Made by a program: the position numbers and the translations under genes
The notes under the pieces: model-generated
What the model was told of the DNA's origin: nothing
Database searches by the model: none
What the model saw: only the letters and a program-made list of their open reading frames with translations
Shown: one piece after another, positions 35,102 to 45,969 of the stretch
Numbering within the stretch: position 1 is the stretch's first letter
How the letters are laid out: the number at the start of each line of letters is the position of its first letter
Assembly (NCBI RefSeq): GCF_053078305.1
Contig: NZ_CP166879.1
Direction: 5' to 3' (one strand)
DNA length: 64,000 nt

Positions 35102-36671
35102 TGTGTTTCTCCGAAACAGATGCGGTGCCTGAAGGCAAAAAATCATGCCAGGTGCTACGTTGTGCAGGCAGATCGTGCGTCCCTGAGAGGACTATAGTGG
35201 AAGCGCCCGCCAGGATCCTGATGACAGGTTGTGGAATATGCGTTCCCATCGCCAGCATCATGACCAGCAGAATCACCATTGGCGAGGTGGTCAACCAGCC
35301 GAGATCACCCCGGTTAACGGCCTGCGGCGGTTTCGCCATTAACACCCGCGCAGCCATCCGTACCAGGCCCGCCAGCACCAGCGTTAACAGCAATAACAGC
35401 AGGACGATAATCAGCAGGTGATTACGTGCCAGTCCGGCGGTAACGGTCATAAATTCGCTAAGAAAAATGTTGAAGGGCGGCATCCCTGCCAGCGCCAGCG
35501 CACCGCCGCCAAACAGCACGGCGGTAAATGGCATGATTTTGAGCATCCCACAGACGACGTTGAGATCGCGCGTGCCGTACTTGAGCAGTACATTGCCGGA
35601 ACCGCAGAACAGCAGCGTTTTTGCCAGACTGTGGTTTAAGGTGTGCAGCAGCGCGGCAAAAATTCCCAGCGGCCCGCCAATGCCTAGCGCCACCGCGACC
35701 AGTCCCATGTTCTCCACGCTGGAGTACGCCAGCAGACGCTTAATGTCCCGCTGTACCAGAATGAAAAATGCCGCCACGGCAACCGACAACATGCCGAAGA
35801 TGAGCAACAACCGGTTGGGGAAATCGCTGCCGATGGCCTGGCAAATAATGATGTAATAGCGAATCAGCACCAACAGCGCGCAGTTCAGCAATACGGCGGA
35901 GAGTAGGGCGCTGACCGGACTCGGCGCTTCACTGTGAGCATCCGGCAGCCAGGCGTGCATGGGAAATAGCCCGGTTTTGGTACCAAAGCCAATTAGCACA
36001 AACACAAAGGCCAACAGCATTAATGTTGGATCAAGCAAGGACGATTGCTTAAGAACCTCGCTCCAGAATATCGCCATTTCTGCCTGCGGCATAAAGCTGG
36101 CGGCGTTGGCGTATACCAGCACGGTACCGAACAGACCAAAAGCGACACCAACAGTACAAATAATGATGTACTTCCATGCTGCTTCCAGCGATGAACGCTG
36201 ACCGTAAATGCCTACCAGAAACGCCGAGCTTAAGGTGGTGGCTTCGATCGCCGCCCACATCACAATCAGGTTATTGCTGGTAACAACCAGCAGCATGGTG
36301 AACAAAAACAGATGGAAGAAACCGTAGTAATCGCACAGCGTAACGGGTGAAAGCTCGCCGTGTGCCACTTCATGACGCATGTAGCCAATCGAGTAAACAC
36401 CGGTGAGAAAGCCAATCACACCAAGAATGGCGAGGAACAAACCGCCCAGACCATCAATATGAAGCCACAGTCCCGCAGCGAATATTTCTCCTGCATCAGC
36501 GGCAGTTTGGACCACCCAGAGTGCCAGAATCAGCAGCAGTGTGATCCCTAAGCTATGTAATACGGTCACCGTGCGAGTCGCAGAGAGCCTCCGTTTCCGG
36601 CAGGCAAAACAGAGCAGCGAAAAAAGCAGCGGCGTGAGCAGGAGTAAAGCGAACATCACAGAATAACTCAT
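35091..36671 (-). CDS. hyfF: hydrogenase-4 membrane subunit (NuoL/M/N antiporter-like)
   Basis: 526 aa polytopic, NuoM/N-like. Confidence 0.92.
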   Translation of the reverse strand: MSYSVMFALLLLTPLLFSLLCFACRKRRLSATRTVTVLHSLGITLLLILALWVVQTAADAGEIFAAGLWLHIDGLGGLFLAILGVIGFLTGVYSIGYMRHEVAHGELSPVTLCDYYGFFHLFLFTMLLVVTSNNLIVMWAAIEATTLSSAFLVGIYGQRSSLEAAWKYIIICTVGVAFGLFGTVLVYANAASFMPQAEMAIFWSEVLKQSSLLDPTLMLLAFVFVLIGFGTKTGLFPMHAWLPDAHSEAPSPVSALLSAVLLNCALLVLIRYYIIICQAIGSDFPNRLLLIFGMLSVAVAAFFILVQRDIKRLLAYSSVENMGLVAVALGIGGPLGIFAALLHTLNHSLAKTLLFCGSGNVLLKYGTRDLNVVCGMLKIMPFTAVLFGGGALALAGMPPFNIFLSEFMTVTAGLARNHLLIIVLLLLLLTLVLAGLVRMAARVLMAKPPQAVNRGDLGWLTTSPMVILLVMMLAMGTHIPQPVIRILAGASTIVLSGTHDLPAQRSTWHDFLPSGTASVSEKHSER

Positions 36672-36675
36672 CTCA

Positions 36676-37326
36676 TTATCCCTTCAGCGCGGTCAAGTTG
36701 TTCACGTCCAGCGTGCCGTGGGTACGCCATATTTTTCTTGCCAGTAACACCATCACAATGACGGCGAAGATGGCGTCGGTAGCGATACCAATTTCCACCA
36801 GTTCCGGTGCACGCCAGGCTAGAAGCGCCAGCACCAGATGGGAGCCGTTTTCCATCAGGCAGTAACCAAAAATTTGCCGCAGGATATTGCGCTGGCTAAC
36901 AATGCACAGCAGGCCAAGCAGAAAATGACCTAACGCCACCGCCAGCGCAGGTTTCAGCCCGGTAGCCATCGGTAGCTTCACGGGCTGAACGACAAATGCG
37001 CAAAGCAGGACAATTAACGCCGCGAGCAGTGCCATCATTGCCGGACCGAATAACGCTTTTTCCGGGATGTTCTGGGGAATATTTCGTGCAGCGTAAGTCA
37101 TGATTAACGGTACCAGCAGCACTTTGGTGATAAAGGCGCTGGCGGACCAGATCAGCAGTTGCTCTGCGGCGAACAGGCACGAGAGGGTGGCGAAAATAGA
37201 CACCAGCACCAGTGACTGGCAGGCGTAAAATCCGCATGACAGGCGATAGCTTTTGACGCTAATCACAAACAGCGATGTCAGCATCATCAGTCCCGCCAGA
37301 TTATTTACGATCATAGAACCGGTCAT
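36676..37326 (-). CDS. hyfE: hydrogenase-4 membrane subunit HyfE
   Basis: 216 aa hydrophobic protein. Confidence 0.9.
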   Translation of the reverse strand: MTGSMIVNNLAGLMMLTSLFVISVKSYRLSCGFYACQSLVLVSIFATLSCLFAAEQLLIWSASAFITKVLLVPLIMTYAARNIPQNIPEKALFGPAMMALLAALIVLLCAFVVQPVKLPMATGLKPALAVALGHFLLGLLCIVSQRNILRQIFGYCLMENGSHLVLALLAWRAPELVEIGIATDAIFAVIVMVLLARKIWRTHGTLDVNNLTALKG

Positions 37327-37337
37327 TCATCATCTCC

Positions 37338-38777
37338 TTACTGCAACCAGGTCGCGGCGATTACGCTGGAAATCAGCGACATCACAATCAGTACAATCAG
37401 CACCAGGCGCATTGACCCTGGCAGCGGTGCGGCATCGGCGACGGCCTCGCTCGGTTTGCCGGGGACGACGCGACCAAACCAGCGAATAAACCAGGCGAAA
37501 CTGGCGACCGATTCAATCATCAGCAGAATCATGGCGGGCAGCAGGATCCAGTACTCCACTGACAACGCAAAACCGGCAGCAAACAGCGGGAATTTACTGA
37601 AGAAGCCGTTGAACGGCGGTACGCCGGTAATCGCCAGCGCTGCCACGCAGAAACCCACGCCTGGCAACGGCAGGGTGTGCAATACGCCACGCAGACGCGG
37701 CAACAAGCGCGTGCCGCAGCTGTAACTCAGCGCACCTGCTACAAGGAAAAACAGGCTTTTAGCGAACGCGTGGTTGACGATGTAGGCGATGCTGCCCTCC
37801 AGCGCCAGCCGCGAGCCGAAGATGGAGAGCGACAAGCCGAAGAACATCCAGCCAAGTTGAGTGATGGTCGACCAGGCCAGCAACCGCTTCATATCCTGCT
37901 GTGGCAAATACATCAGAAATCCATAAAGAATGGTGACCAGCGCCATGACCATGCCAACGCCGCCAATCACATGCGGGATATTGCCGCCGTCGATAATGGC
38001 GCGGGCAAAAATGTAAACGCCCACTTTCACCATCGATGCGGCGTGGAGATAGGCGCTGATCGGTGTTGGCGCTTCCATTGCGTCCGGTAGCCACGCTTGC
38101 ATCGGTAGCTGGGCCGATTTCCCCCACGCGGCAAACAGGATGCCGCCATAAACCAGATAACGTGCGTCGCCGTGTAACTCGCTCATCGCGCTAAGCGCAA
38201 ACGTTCCGGTCTGCAAAAACAGCGTGGCGGCGGCAAGATACAACCCCAACGAACCGATATGGGTGATAAGCAACGCTTTTAGTGCTGAACGCTGCGCTTT
38301 ATCGCTCTGGTAATAACTGATCAACGCCCAGGAGCAGCCGCCCGTAATTTCAAAAAACAACAACTGACCGAGCAGCGTCGAGGAGAGTACCAGTCCCGCC
38401 ATCGCGCCGATAAACAACAGCAAAAATGCGTAATAACGATTCGTGCCGTTATGCGGGTGTTCGCGATTTTTATCCGTCAGATAACCCGTGGAGTAGATCG
38501 TGACCAGCAAACCGAGAAACACCACCACAAACAGAATCAGCGTACTCACGCGATCAATGAGCAGGCCAAACAACGCCACATCCCCCACGTTGACCAACGT
38601 CAACGTGACGGCAACTTTATCGGCCTGATAAAACGCGGAGATCAGTGACAACATGCACAGCGTGGTCAGCGCGGCGAACAAAACCCCCCATTCGGCGGCC
38701 CGACGTTGTGGCGAAAACGAAACGACCAGTGCGCCGATAAAAGGCAGCAATAACGTCGTCAGAGCAAGATTTTCCAT
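37338..38777 (-). CDS. hyfD: hydrogenase-4 membrane subunit (NuoM/N antiporter-like)
   Basis: 479 aa polytopic. Confidence 0.92.
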   Translation of the reverse strand: MENLALTTLLLPFIGALVVSFSPQRRAAEWGVLFAALTTLCMLSLISAFYQADKVAVTLTLVNVGDVALFGLLIDRVSTLILFVVVFLGLLVTIYSTGYLTDKNREHPHNGTNRYYAFLLLFIGAMAGLVLSSTLLGQLLFFEITGGCSWALISYYQSDKAQRSALKALLITHIGSLGLYLAAATLFLQTGTFALSAMSELHGDARYLVYGGILFAAWGKSAQLPMQAWLPDAMEAPTPISAYLHAASMVKVGVYIFARAIIDGGNIPHVIGGVGMVMALVTILYGFLMYLPQQDMKRLLAWSTITQLGWMFFGLSLSIFGSRLALEGSIAYIVNHAFAKSLFFLVAGALSYSCGTRLLPRLRGVLHTLPLPGVGFCVAALAITGVPPFNGFFSKFPLFAAGFALSVEYWILLPAMILLMIESVASFAWFIRWFGRVVPGKPSEAVADAAPLPGSMRLVLIVLIVMSLISSVIAATWLQ

Positions 38778-38793
38778 ATTCCGTCAGTGCTCC

Positions 38794-39741
38794 TTACAGA
38801 CCGGTTAACCAGAAGACCCATGCAAGCGCAGCAAGGCTGAAGCCAAGCCAGGTCACATGGTGAATGAGTAAAAAACGCCCGCGTGCCAGCGTGTTTTCTG
38901 CGATAGAGGCCAGAACAAAAATCAGCAAAACCTTGAGCAGCGTAACGACAAGTGAAGTCAGCAGGCAGGCGAGAGAAAGCTCTTGCGCGCGCCCAAAGGG
39001 CAGAAACAGGGCCACAAACAGTGCTGCCATCACGACCTGTTTCAGCCCCAGCCCCCATTTCGCCAGCGCCAGCCCGGCACCGGAATATTCGGTCAGCGGG
39101 CCTTCCTGTAATTCCTGTTCTGCTTCAGCAACATCAAAGGGAATTTTTCCCATCTCAATGAAGCAGGCAAAACCACAGGCCAGTAACGCCAGGACGGTGG
39201 TTAGCGGCGAGTTCCAGCCCGTTGCCAGCGTATTGCTGATCATCTCGATATGCGTGGAACCTGCTATCAGCGCCAATACCAGCAGTGAGAGAATGAGCAT
39301 GGGTTCGACCAGAATGCCGAGCGTCAACTCGCGACTGGCACCGACCCCCGCAAACGGGCTTCCGGTATCCAGCCCGGAAAGAGCAAAGAAAAAACGAAAC
39401 AGGGCAAGAAGATAGATAAGGGTGATCAGATCGCCGCCGCCCGCAAAAGGGGAAACGGTAATAAATAGTGGTAGGGCCATCGCCAGCACCAGCATGCTAC
39501 TGATTAATACCCACGGCATCAGGCGGAACATCAGACCTGAAGATGTCGGCGCAACTTCCTGCCGTTTAAACAGTTTGTGGATATCGCGATAATCCTGCCA
39601 GATCCCCGGTCCGCGGCGGGAGTGCATTCGCGCGCGTATCTGCCGGGAAATACCCGTAAAAAGTGGGGTTAGCATCAGCAGAATCACGGCCTGTGCTAAC
39701 GCAAAAATGACCAGATATCCGTCGCAAAGAGTTTGTCTCAT
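38794..39741 (-). CDS. hyfC: hydrogenase-4 membrane subunit (HycD/NuoH-like)
   Basis: 315 aa from ATG 39741 (MRQTLCDGYLVIF...) with AAGGAA RBS; track ORF is N-extended into hyfB. Confidence 0.9.
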   Translation of the reverse strand: MRQTLCDGYLVIFALAQAVILLMLTPLFTGISRQIRARMHSRRGPGIWQDYRDIHKLFKRQEVAPTSSGLMFRLMPWVLISSMLVLAMALPLFITVSPFAGGGDLITLIYLLALFRFFFALSGLDTGSPFAGVGASRELTLGILVEPMLILSLLVLALIAGSTHIEMISNTLATGWNSPLTTVLALLACGFACFIEMGKIPFDVAEAEQELQEGPLTEYSGAGLALAKWGLGLKQVVMAALFVALFLPFGRAQELSLACLLTSLVVTLLKVLLIFVLASIAENTLARGRFLLIHHVTWLGFSLAALAWVFWLTGL

Positions 39742-39751
39742 GGTGATTTCC

Positions 39752-41770
39752 TTAGACGGCAATAGCGATTAGCAGCACAACCAGTGCGGCGACCACATAC
39801 AGGCAATAGAGACGAAAGTCGCCGCTTTGCAGATGCTGTATTTCTTTGGCCAGCCGTTGGGTGGCGCTCACGATGGGGCGGATCACCCGCTCATCCCAGA
39901 AGGGTTCTGTGCTCTGAGCTCTGGCGGTGACGTGCGCAAGACCTTTATTTAGCCTCAGCGTAGGGTCGAGCTGTTGTCGTAGACGAAATAACGCAGAGAA
40001 GACCACACGCAGCGGCTGCATCACGCCATTGCCTGACGGAGCCATCGCGTTTTCCCAGCTGTAGCCGCATGCCCAGGCATCTCCTGTGCGACGAAACGCT
40101 GCGCGGCGCGAACGACACCACAGCCAGTAAAGGCCAGGCAGTAAAGGCATCGCCAGTAGTAACAGCAACAGTAATGAGGGAGTGACCCGTGTATGAAACG
40201 TGCCGGGTACAAGTGCTATTCCGCTGGCGACAGTGACGGGAGGGGTATTGGTAAAGGCATGGGCAATATGCATTATCTTCGGTGCCAGCCAACTGGCACT
40301 AAGCGCAATTAATACGCAGAGTGCCGCGAGCAGTAGCATGGCGACGATCATCGTATTTGGCACTTCCTGTGCCTCTTCAGCGTGTGTACTGCGCGGCGCA
40401 CCACAGAAAGTAATACCGTACATTTTGACGAAGCACATTACTGCCAGCCCACCAGTGACTGCCAGCATCACCATAGCAATAGGACCCGCAAGTTGTAGCG
40501 CTACGGCTTCCACACGACTTAGTGAGAACAGCGACTGCCAGGTGTACCATTCGCTGATAAAACCATTCAGCGGAGGAAGGGCTGATATCGCGAGGCAACC
40601 AATCAGGCATGCTGCGGCTGTCCACGGCATCCGTTTCGCCAGTGCCCCCATTTTTTCCATGTCGTGGGTATGCAAACGCGAAATAATCGCGCCCGCGCCG
40701 AGAAATAGCAGCCCTTTGAACAGCGCATGGTTGAGCAGATGAAACAGTGCGCCGAGCAGTCCAACCACGGTGAGCAGCGGGTCGTGCAGTGACAGACCGA
40801 CCATCGCCACACCGACTGCCAGCAAAATAATGCCGACGTTTTCGACGGTACTCCAGGCCAGCAGCCGTTTGATATCCTGTTCCGCCAGCGCATACAGCAC
40901 GCCCAGGAGCGCGGAGATTGCGCCGATCGCCATCACCAGAATGCCCCACCACAGAGGCAAACCCGTTTGCGCCAGCAGATCCATCGCTACTTTCAGGATG
41001 CCGAAAATACCGATTTTGACCATTACACCAGACATCAACGCCGAAGCGTGCGATGGTGCGGCAGGGTGAGCGCGCGGCAACCAGCTGTGCAACGGCATCA
41101 TCCCGGCTTTCGCGCCAAAACCGAAAAAGGCCAGCAGGAACACCGCCGACGCCAGCCCCGGAGAAAGTGAAAGCGTGCGGAAACTGGCAAAATCGAGGCT
41201 GCCGCTTTCGCGCCCCATCAGCAAGAAGGCGATCATTATCAGCACCGATCCGGCGTGGGCGATAAAAAAGTAGAGCATGCCAGCGTTGATCGACGTTTTA
41301 TCCTGCCTGGCAATGACCAGAAACCAGGAAGACAGCGACATCATTTCAAACAGCACGATGAACCAAAAAGCGTTGTCCATCACCAGCAGGGCAACCATCG
41401 ATGCGATGAAAATATTCATAAAGAAGCCCATCGCCGCCGCGCCTTTGCCCTCGTATTCGCGCATATAAGTCAATGAATAGAGCGAACAAACCACCACCAG
41501 CAAGGAGATAACCAGCACCATAAATGCCGAGAGGCTATCCATTCGCAGGGTTAAATCGGCAAAGTCAAAAGGGGTGGCAAAACGGGCGACTAAAGTTACG
41601 CCTGCATGTAATTGCGTAATTCCGCTGATGATGCCAATCACGCCGCCCACCAGCGATGTGATGCCGGAAAGCTTAATAGCCAGTCTGTCCAGACCGAGTA
41701 AAAACAGCGAAGCCAGACTGGCAAACAGATAGAGGATCAGCGACCAGGTTAATAATTGCAGGGCATCCAT
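39752..41770 (-). CDS. hyfB: hydrogenase-4 membrane subunit (NuoL-like)
   Basis: 672 aa polytopic; start ATG overlaps the hyfA stop (TAATG). Confidence 0.93.
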   Translation of the reverse strand: MDALQLLTWSLILYLFASLASLFLLGLDRLAIKLSGITSLVGGVIGIISGITQLHAGVTLVARFATPFDFADLTLRMDSLSAFMVLVISLLVVVCSLYSLTYMREYEGKGAAAMGFFMNIFIASMVALLVMDNAFWFIVLFEMMSLSSWFLVIARQDKTSINAGMLYFFIAHAGSVLIMIAFLLMGRESGSLDFASFRTLSLSPGLASAVFLLAFFGFGAKAGMMPLHSWLPRAHPAAPSHASALMSGVMVKIGIFGILKVAMDLLAQTGLPLWWGILVMAIGAISALLGVLYALAEQDIKRLLAWSTVENVGIILLAVGVAMVGLSLHDPLLTVVGLLGALFHLLNHALFKGLLFLGAGAIISRLHTHDMEKMGALAKRMPWTAAACLIGCLAISALPPLNGFISEWYTWQSLFSLSRVEAVALQLAGPIAMVMLAVTGGLAVMCFVKMYGITFCGAPRSTHAEEAQEVPNTMIVAMLLLAALCVLIALSASWLAPKIMHIAHAFTNTPPVTVASGIALVPGTFHTRVTPSLLLLLLLAMPLLPGLYWLWCRSRRAAFRRTGDAWACGYSWENAMAPSGNGVMQPLRVVFSALFRLRQQLDPTLRLNKGLAHVTARAQSTEPFWDERVIRPIVSATQRLAKEIQHLQSGDFRLYCLYVVAALVVLLIAIAV

Positions 41771-42387
41771 TAGCGTTGCTCCTGAGTGAGGGAAAGGGGA
41801 TCCTCCCCGCCATTGGCAAACCAGCTTGCGGCAAGGCGCTGTTTTTCTTTCATCTGACGTTGCAGGCTATCGCCGGTGATCAGCCGTAACGCCTGATTCG
41901 GGCAAGCGCGAACGCAGGCCGGACCTTCTGGCAAGAAATCACACAGGTCGCATTTCACCGCGACGGTCTGGACACCCGGTTCCCAGCGCAGCAAAGCATG
42001 TTGTGTTTGCGCGTTTTCTTCGCCGTCTTTGAGTGAGCCCTCAGCCTGAAAAACATATTGCGCAGGGGCATTCACCGGACGGCTTCCTGAAGCGCTGATT
42101 GCGCCAAATGGGCAGACCACGGCGCAAAGCTTGCAGCCAATACAGAGGCTTTCGTTGAGTTGGATCGCATCATCCCTCTGGGAGATGGCATTGACCGGGC
42201 AGACCTGCAGGCAAGGGGCTTCCTCACAGTGATGACACACGACAGGGGCAGTGAGTGTTGACGTCTTCGCCAGGGCCAGGCGCGGGTGTTGCTGTAAACC
42301 TTGCGTTTTATGCACGTCCGAACAGGCAGCGAGACAGGTATTACATCCTGTACACCACAGTGGTTCGGCCACCACAAAGCGGTTCAT
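41770..42387 (-). CDS. hyfA: hydrogenase-4 ferredoxin-type Fe-S subunit (HycB-like)
   Basis: 205 aa from ATG 42387 (MNRFVVAEPLWCTGCNTC...), four Cys clusters. Confidence 0.92.
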   Translation of the reverse strand: MNRFVVAEPLWCTGCNTCLAACSDVHKTQGLQQHPRLALAKTSTLTAPVVCHHCEEAPCLQVCPVNAISQRDDAIQLNESLCIGCKLCAVVCPFGAISASGSRPVNAPAQYVFQAEGSLKDGEENAQTQHALLRWEPGVQTVAVKCDLCDFLPEGPACVRACPNQALRLITGDSLQRQMKEKQRLAASWFANGGEDPLSLTQEQR

Positions 42388-42428
42388 GTCGGCTCCTTGA
42401 AAATGATATGAAACATTGCATTTCATAA

Positions 42429-42444
42429 TGCATAAAGGATGCCA
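42429..42444 (-). promoter_or_regulatory. sigma54 (-24/-12) promoter of the hyf operon
   Basis: Minus strand reads TGGCATCCTTTATGCA: GG and GC dinucleotides at canonical spacing (consensus TGGCAC-N5-TTGCA), about 40 bp upstream of the hyfA ATG; co-located with hyfR. Confidence 0.7.
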
Positions 42445-42539
42445 GTATGATTAATTTAATATATTCAATAAGTTATGAATTAACTGGATTCTGAGCGGTA
42501 CAAAAATGATGGTCATTAACGTTCAGCAAAAAATGGATT

Positions 42540-42553
42540 CGACACCCGTGTCG
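42540..42553. promoter_or_regulatory. inverted repeat about 100 bp upstream of the hyf sigma54 promoter (candidate enhancer/UAS)
   Basis: cgacac cc gtgtcg perfect 6-bp arms. Confidence 0.35.
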
Positions 42554-42639
42554 CAGGGGAAAGTGAGAATGTGATCTTGGTCACGAGAAGTGAGGTGTGC
42601 TGACCGCAAGCGCAGCCAGCACGGAATGGAGCAAAGTAA

Positions 42640-43110
42640 TCAGGCGTGTTCTTTCAACCAGTTCAGCACAACGTCGTGGTGATTGCTGGTTTTGAAATCG
42701 TCAAAGACATGTTCGATTTTGCCATCAGCGTCAATCAGGAAGCTGATGCGATGAATACCATCGTAGGTTTTGCCCATGAAGGACTTTTCCCCCCAGACGC
42801 CGAATTGCTCGCACACCTGGTGGTCCTCATCAGACAGGAGCGTAAAGTTAAGCAGCTCTTTTTCCGCAAAACGGGAGAGTTTTTCGGGTTTATCGGTGCT
42901 GATACCCAGCACATCAACGCCCGCTTTTTTCAACTCATCCATGTTATCGCGTAAGCCGCAGGCCTGTACGGTACAGCCGGGGGTCATGGCTTTCGGGTAG
43001 AAATAAACCAGAACACGCTGTCCCTGGAAGTCGGTCAAATTAACTTGTTCTCCGTCTTGATCCGGCAAGCTAAATTTCGGTGCGATATCACCGGCTTTCA
43101 GTGGATTCAT
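42640..43110 (-). CDS. bcp: thiol peroxidase Bcp (peroxiredoxin)
   Basis: 156 aa, peroxidatic Cys in PKAMTPGCT motif. Confidence 0.95.
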   Translation of the reverse strand: MNPLKAGDIAPKFSLPDQDGEQVNLTDFQGQRVLVYFYPKAMTPGCTVQACGLRDNMDELKKAGVDVLGISTDKPEKLSRFAEKELLNFTLLSDEDHQVCEQFGVWGEKSFMGKTYDGIHRISFLIDADGKIEHVFDDFKTSNHHDVVLNWLKEHA

Positions 43111-43682
43111 TACTTAACTCCATCCTGTTCATCATGTTGGGAATAATTGACGACGTTAATACTGCCTTGTGCATTGAGTTCTGTACATAGGGCTTTGAAC
43201 GCTTGCTCAATATTTGCTGCGTCCGCAGATGCGGGGCTGTGGGCAGTAATCTGAATATGCAACTGCGCAGCCCGTTCATTTTCAGCAGGTTGCGTGCGCG
43301 ACACCAGCTCCGCAATGTTCATATGATGCGCGTCGAAAAGTGCTGTGAAGCGTTCAATTAAATGCGGGGAGTCTGCCACATCGACCTGAACCCAGACAGA
43401 TGCTGGCATTGGCGGACGCGGACGCGCCGTCGTGCGCTTCATCACGATTAAAAGATCCAGTTCGGCACCTTTCAACGGTAACGTTGATTCAATCAGAGTA
43501 ATGGCATTCCATGAACCGGAAAGCAGCATGATAAACGTGAACTCTTCTCCCAGCATCGCCAGGCGACTGTCTTCAATATTACAGCCGCAACTACTGACAT
43601 GACGGGTGATGGTGTTCACAATTCCAGGGCGATCGGCACCCAACGCAGTGATCACCAGATAATGTTGCGATGACAGTGTCAA
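43110..43682 (-). CDS. gcvR: glycine cleavage system transcriptional repressor GcvR (ACT domains)
   Basis: 190 aa from TTG at 43682 (TLSSQHYLVITALGADRPGIV...), AGGA RBS 9 nt upstream; stop overlaps the bcp start (TAATG). Confidence 0.85.
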   Translation of the reverse strand: MTLSSQHYLVITALGADRPGIVNTITRHVSSCGCNIEDSRLAMLGEEFTFIMLLSGSWNAITLIESTLPLKGAELDLLIVMKRTTARPRPPMPASVWVQVDVADSPHLIERFTALFDAHHMNIAELVSRTQPAENERAAQLHIQITAHSPASADAANIEQAFKALCTELNAQGSINVVNYSQHDEQDGVK

Positions 43683-43827
43683 ACTGGTTATTCCTTTAAG
43701 GGGTGAGTTGTTCTTAAGGAAAGCATAAAAAAAACATGCATACAACAATCAGAACGGTTCTGTCTGCTTGCTTTTAATGCCATACCAAACGTACCATTGA
43801 GACACTTGTTTGCACAGAGGATGGCCC

Positions 43828-44706
43828 ATGTTCACGGGAAGTATTGTCGCGATTGTTACTCCGATGGATGAAAAAGGTAATGTCTGTCGGGCTAGCTTGA
43901 AAAAACTGATTGATTATCATGTCGCCAGCGGTACTTCGGCGATCGTTTCTGTTGGCACCACTGGCGAGTCCGCTACCTTAAATCATGACGAACATGCTGA
44001 TGTGGTGATGATGACGCTGGAGCTGGCTGACGGGCGCATTCCGGTGATTGCCGGGACCGGTGCTAACGCTACTGCGGAAGCCATTAGCCTGACGCAGCGC
44101 TTCAATGACAGTGGTATCGTCGGCTGCCTGACGGTAACCCCTTACTACAATCGTCCGTCGCAAGAAGGTTTGTATCAGCATTTCAAAGCCATCGCTGAGC
44201 ATACTGACCTGCCGCAAATTCTGTATAATGTGCCGTCCCGTACTGGCTGCGATCTGCTCCCGGAAACGGTGGGCCGTCTGGCGAAAGTAAAAAATATTAT
44301 CGGAATCAAAGAGGCAACAGGGAACTTAACGCGTGTAAACCAGATCAAAGAGCTGGTTTCAGATGATTTTGTTCTGCTGAGCGGCGATGATGCGAGCGCG
44401 CTGGACTTCATGCAATTAGGCGGTCATGGGGTTATTTCCGTTACGGCTAACGTCGCAGCGCGTGATATGGCCCAGATGTGCAAACTGGCAGCAGAAGGGC
44501 ATTTTGCCGAGGCACGCGTTATTAATCAGCGTCTGATGCCATTACACAACAAACTATTTGTCGAACCCAATCCAATCCCGGTGAAATGGGCATGTAAGGA
44601 ACTGGGTCTTGTGGCGACCGATACGCTGCGCCTGCCAATGACACCAATCACCGACAGTGGTCGTGAGACGGTCAGAGCGGCGCTTAAGCATGCCGGTTTG
44701 CTGTAA
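43828..44706 (+). CDS. dapA: 4-hydroxy-tetrahydrodipicolinate synthase
   Basis: 292 aa from ATG 43828 ([19 protein letters not shown]...). Confidence 0.96.
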   Translation: MFTGSIVAIVTPMDEKGNVCRASLKKLIDYHVASGTSAIVSVGTTGESATLNHDEHADVVMMTLELADGRIPVIAGTGANATAEAISLTQRFNDSGIVGCLTVTPYYNRPSQEGLYQHFKAIAEHTDLPQILYNVPSRTGCDLLPETVGRLAKVKNIIGIKEATGNLTRVNQIKELVSDDFVLLSGDDASALDFMQLGGHGVISVTANVAARDMAQMCKLAAEGHFAEARVINQRLMPLHNKLFVEPNPIPVKWACKELGLVATDTLRLPMTPITDSGRETVRAALKHAGLL

Positions 44707-44722
44707 AGTTTAGGGAGATTTG

Positions 44723-45757
44723 ATGGCTTACTCTGTTCAAAAGTCGCGCCTGGCAAAGGTTGCGGGTGTTTCGCTTGTTTTATTACTCGCTGCCTGTAGT
44801 TCTGACTCACGCTATAAGCGTCAGGTCAGTGGTGATGAAGCCTACCTGGAAGCGGCACCGCTTGCGGAGCTTCATGCCCCGGCTGGAATGATTTTGCCGG
44901 TGACCTCCGGTGATTATGCAATCCCGGTGACCAACGGTAGTGGTGCTGTCGGTAAGGCGCTGGACATTCGTCCACCAGCCCAGCCGCTGGCACTGGTTTC
45001 TGGCGCGCGTACCCAGTTCACGGGCGATACCGCTTCATTGCTGGTGGAAAATGGTCGTGGCAATACTCTGTGGCCGCAGGTGGTTAGCGTGCTGCAGGCG
45101 AAAAACTACACCATCACCCAACGTGATGATGCCGGTCAGACACTGACCACCGATTGGGTACAATGGAACCGTCTGGACGAAGACGAGCAGTATCGTGGTC
45201 GTTATCAAATCTCTGTTAAGCCGCAGGGTTATCAGCAGGCGGTTACGGTTAAACTGCTGAACCTGGAACAGGCGGGCAAACCGGTTGCAGACGCGGCTTC
45301 CATGCAGCGTTACAGCACGGAGATGATGAACGTTATTTCCGCTGGTCTGGATAAATCTGCCACTGACGCCGCGAACGCTGCGCAAAATCGTGCCTCCACC
45401 ACTATGGACGTACAAAGTGCAGCTGATGACACCGGTTTACCAATGCTGGTCGTACGCGGGCCGTTCAATGTGGTTTGGCAACGTCTGCCAGCGGCGCTGG
45501 AAAAAGTGGGCATGAAAGTGACCGACAGCACCCGTTCGCAGGGTAACATGGCCGTAACTTATAAGCCGCTGTCTGACAGCGACTGGCAGGAACTGGGCGC
45601 GAGCGATCCAGGCCTGGCATCCGGTGACTATAAACTGCAGGTTGGTGATTTAGATAACCGCAGCAGCCTACAGTTCATCGATCCGAAAGGTCATACTCTG
45701 ACTCAGAGTCAGAACGACGCGCTGGTAGCTGTCTTCCAGGCTGCGTTTAGCAAGTAA
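44723..45757 (+). CDS. bamC: BamC (NlpB), outer-membrane protein assembly lipoprotein
   Basis: 344 aa from ATG 44723, lipobox LLAACSS. Confidence 0.95.
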
Positions 45758-45762
45758 AAATA

Positions 45763-45790
45763 CAGGGCTGGAATCATCCGGCCCTTTTTT
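45763..45790 (+). terminator. rho-independent terminator after bamC
   Basis: cagggctgg aatcat ccggccct followed by T6. Confidence 0.65.
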
Positions 45791-45800
45791 CTGATATGAC

Positions 45801-45816
45801 ACGCAAACGTGTGCGT
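45801..45816 (+). promoter_or_regulatory. PurR operator (pur box) upstream of purC
   Basis: ACGCAAACGTGTGCGT, 14/16 palindromic match to the pur-box consensus. Confidence 0.7.
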
Positions 45817-45869
45817 CGGCAGGAAAACGCGATTTTAGCGGTAATTCGCACGAAATTTGTTTGTCGGAC

Positions 45870-45906
<37 letters not shown>

Positions 45907-45969
45907 ACATCCGGCACACCAGACAGCAAAAGATTTTAAAACGTTAATTCACACCCAGGAGTGATAAAG

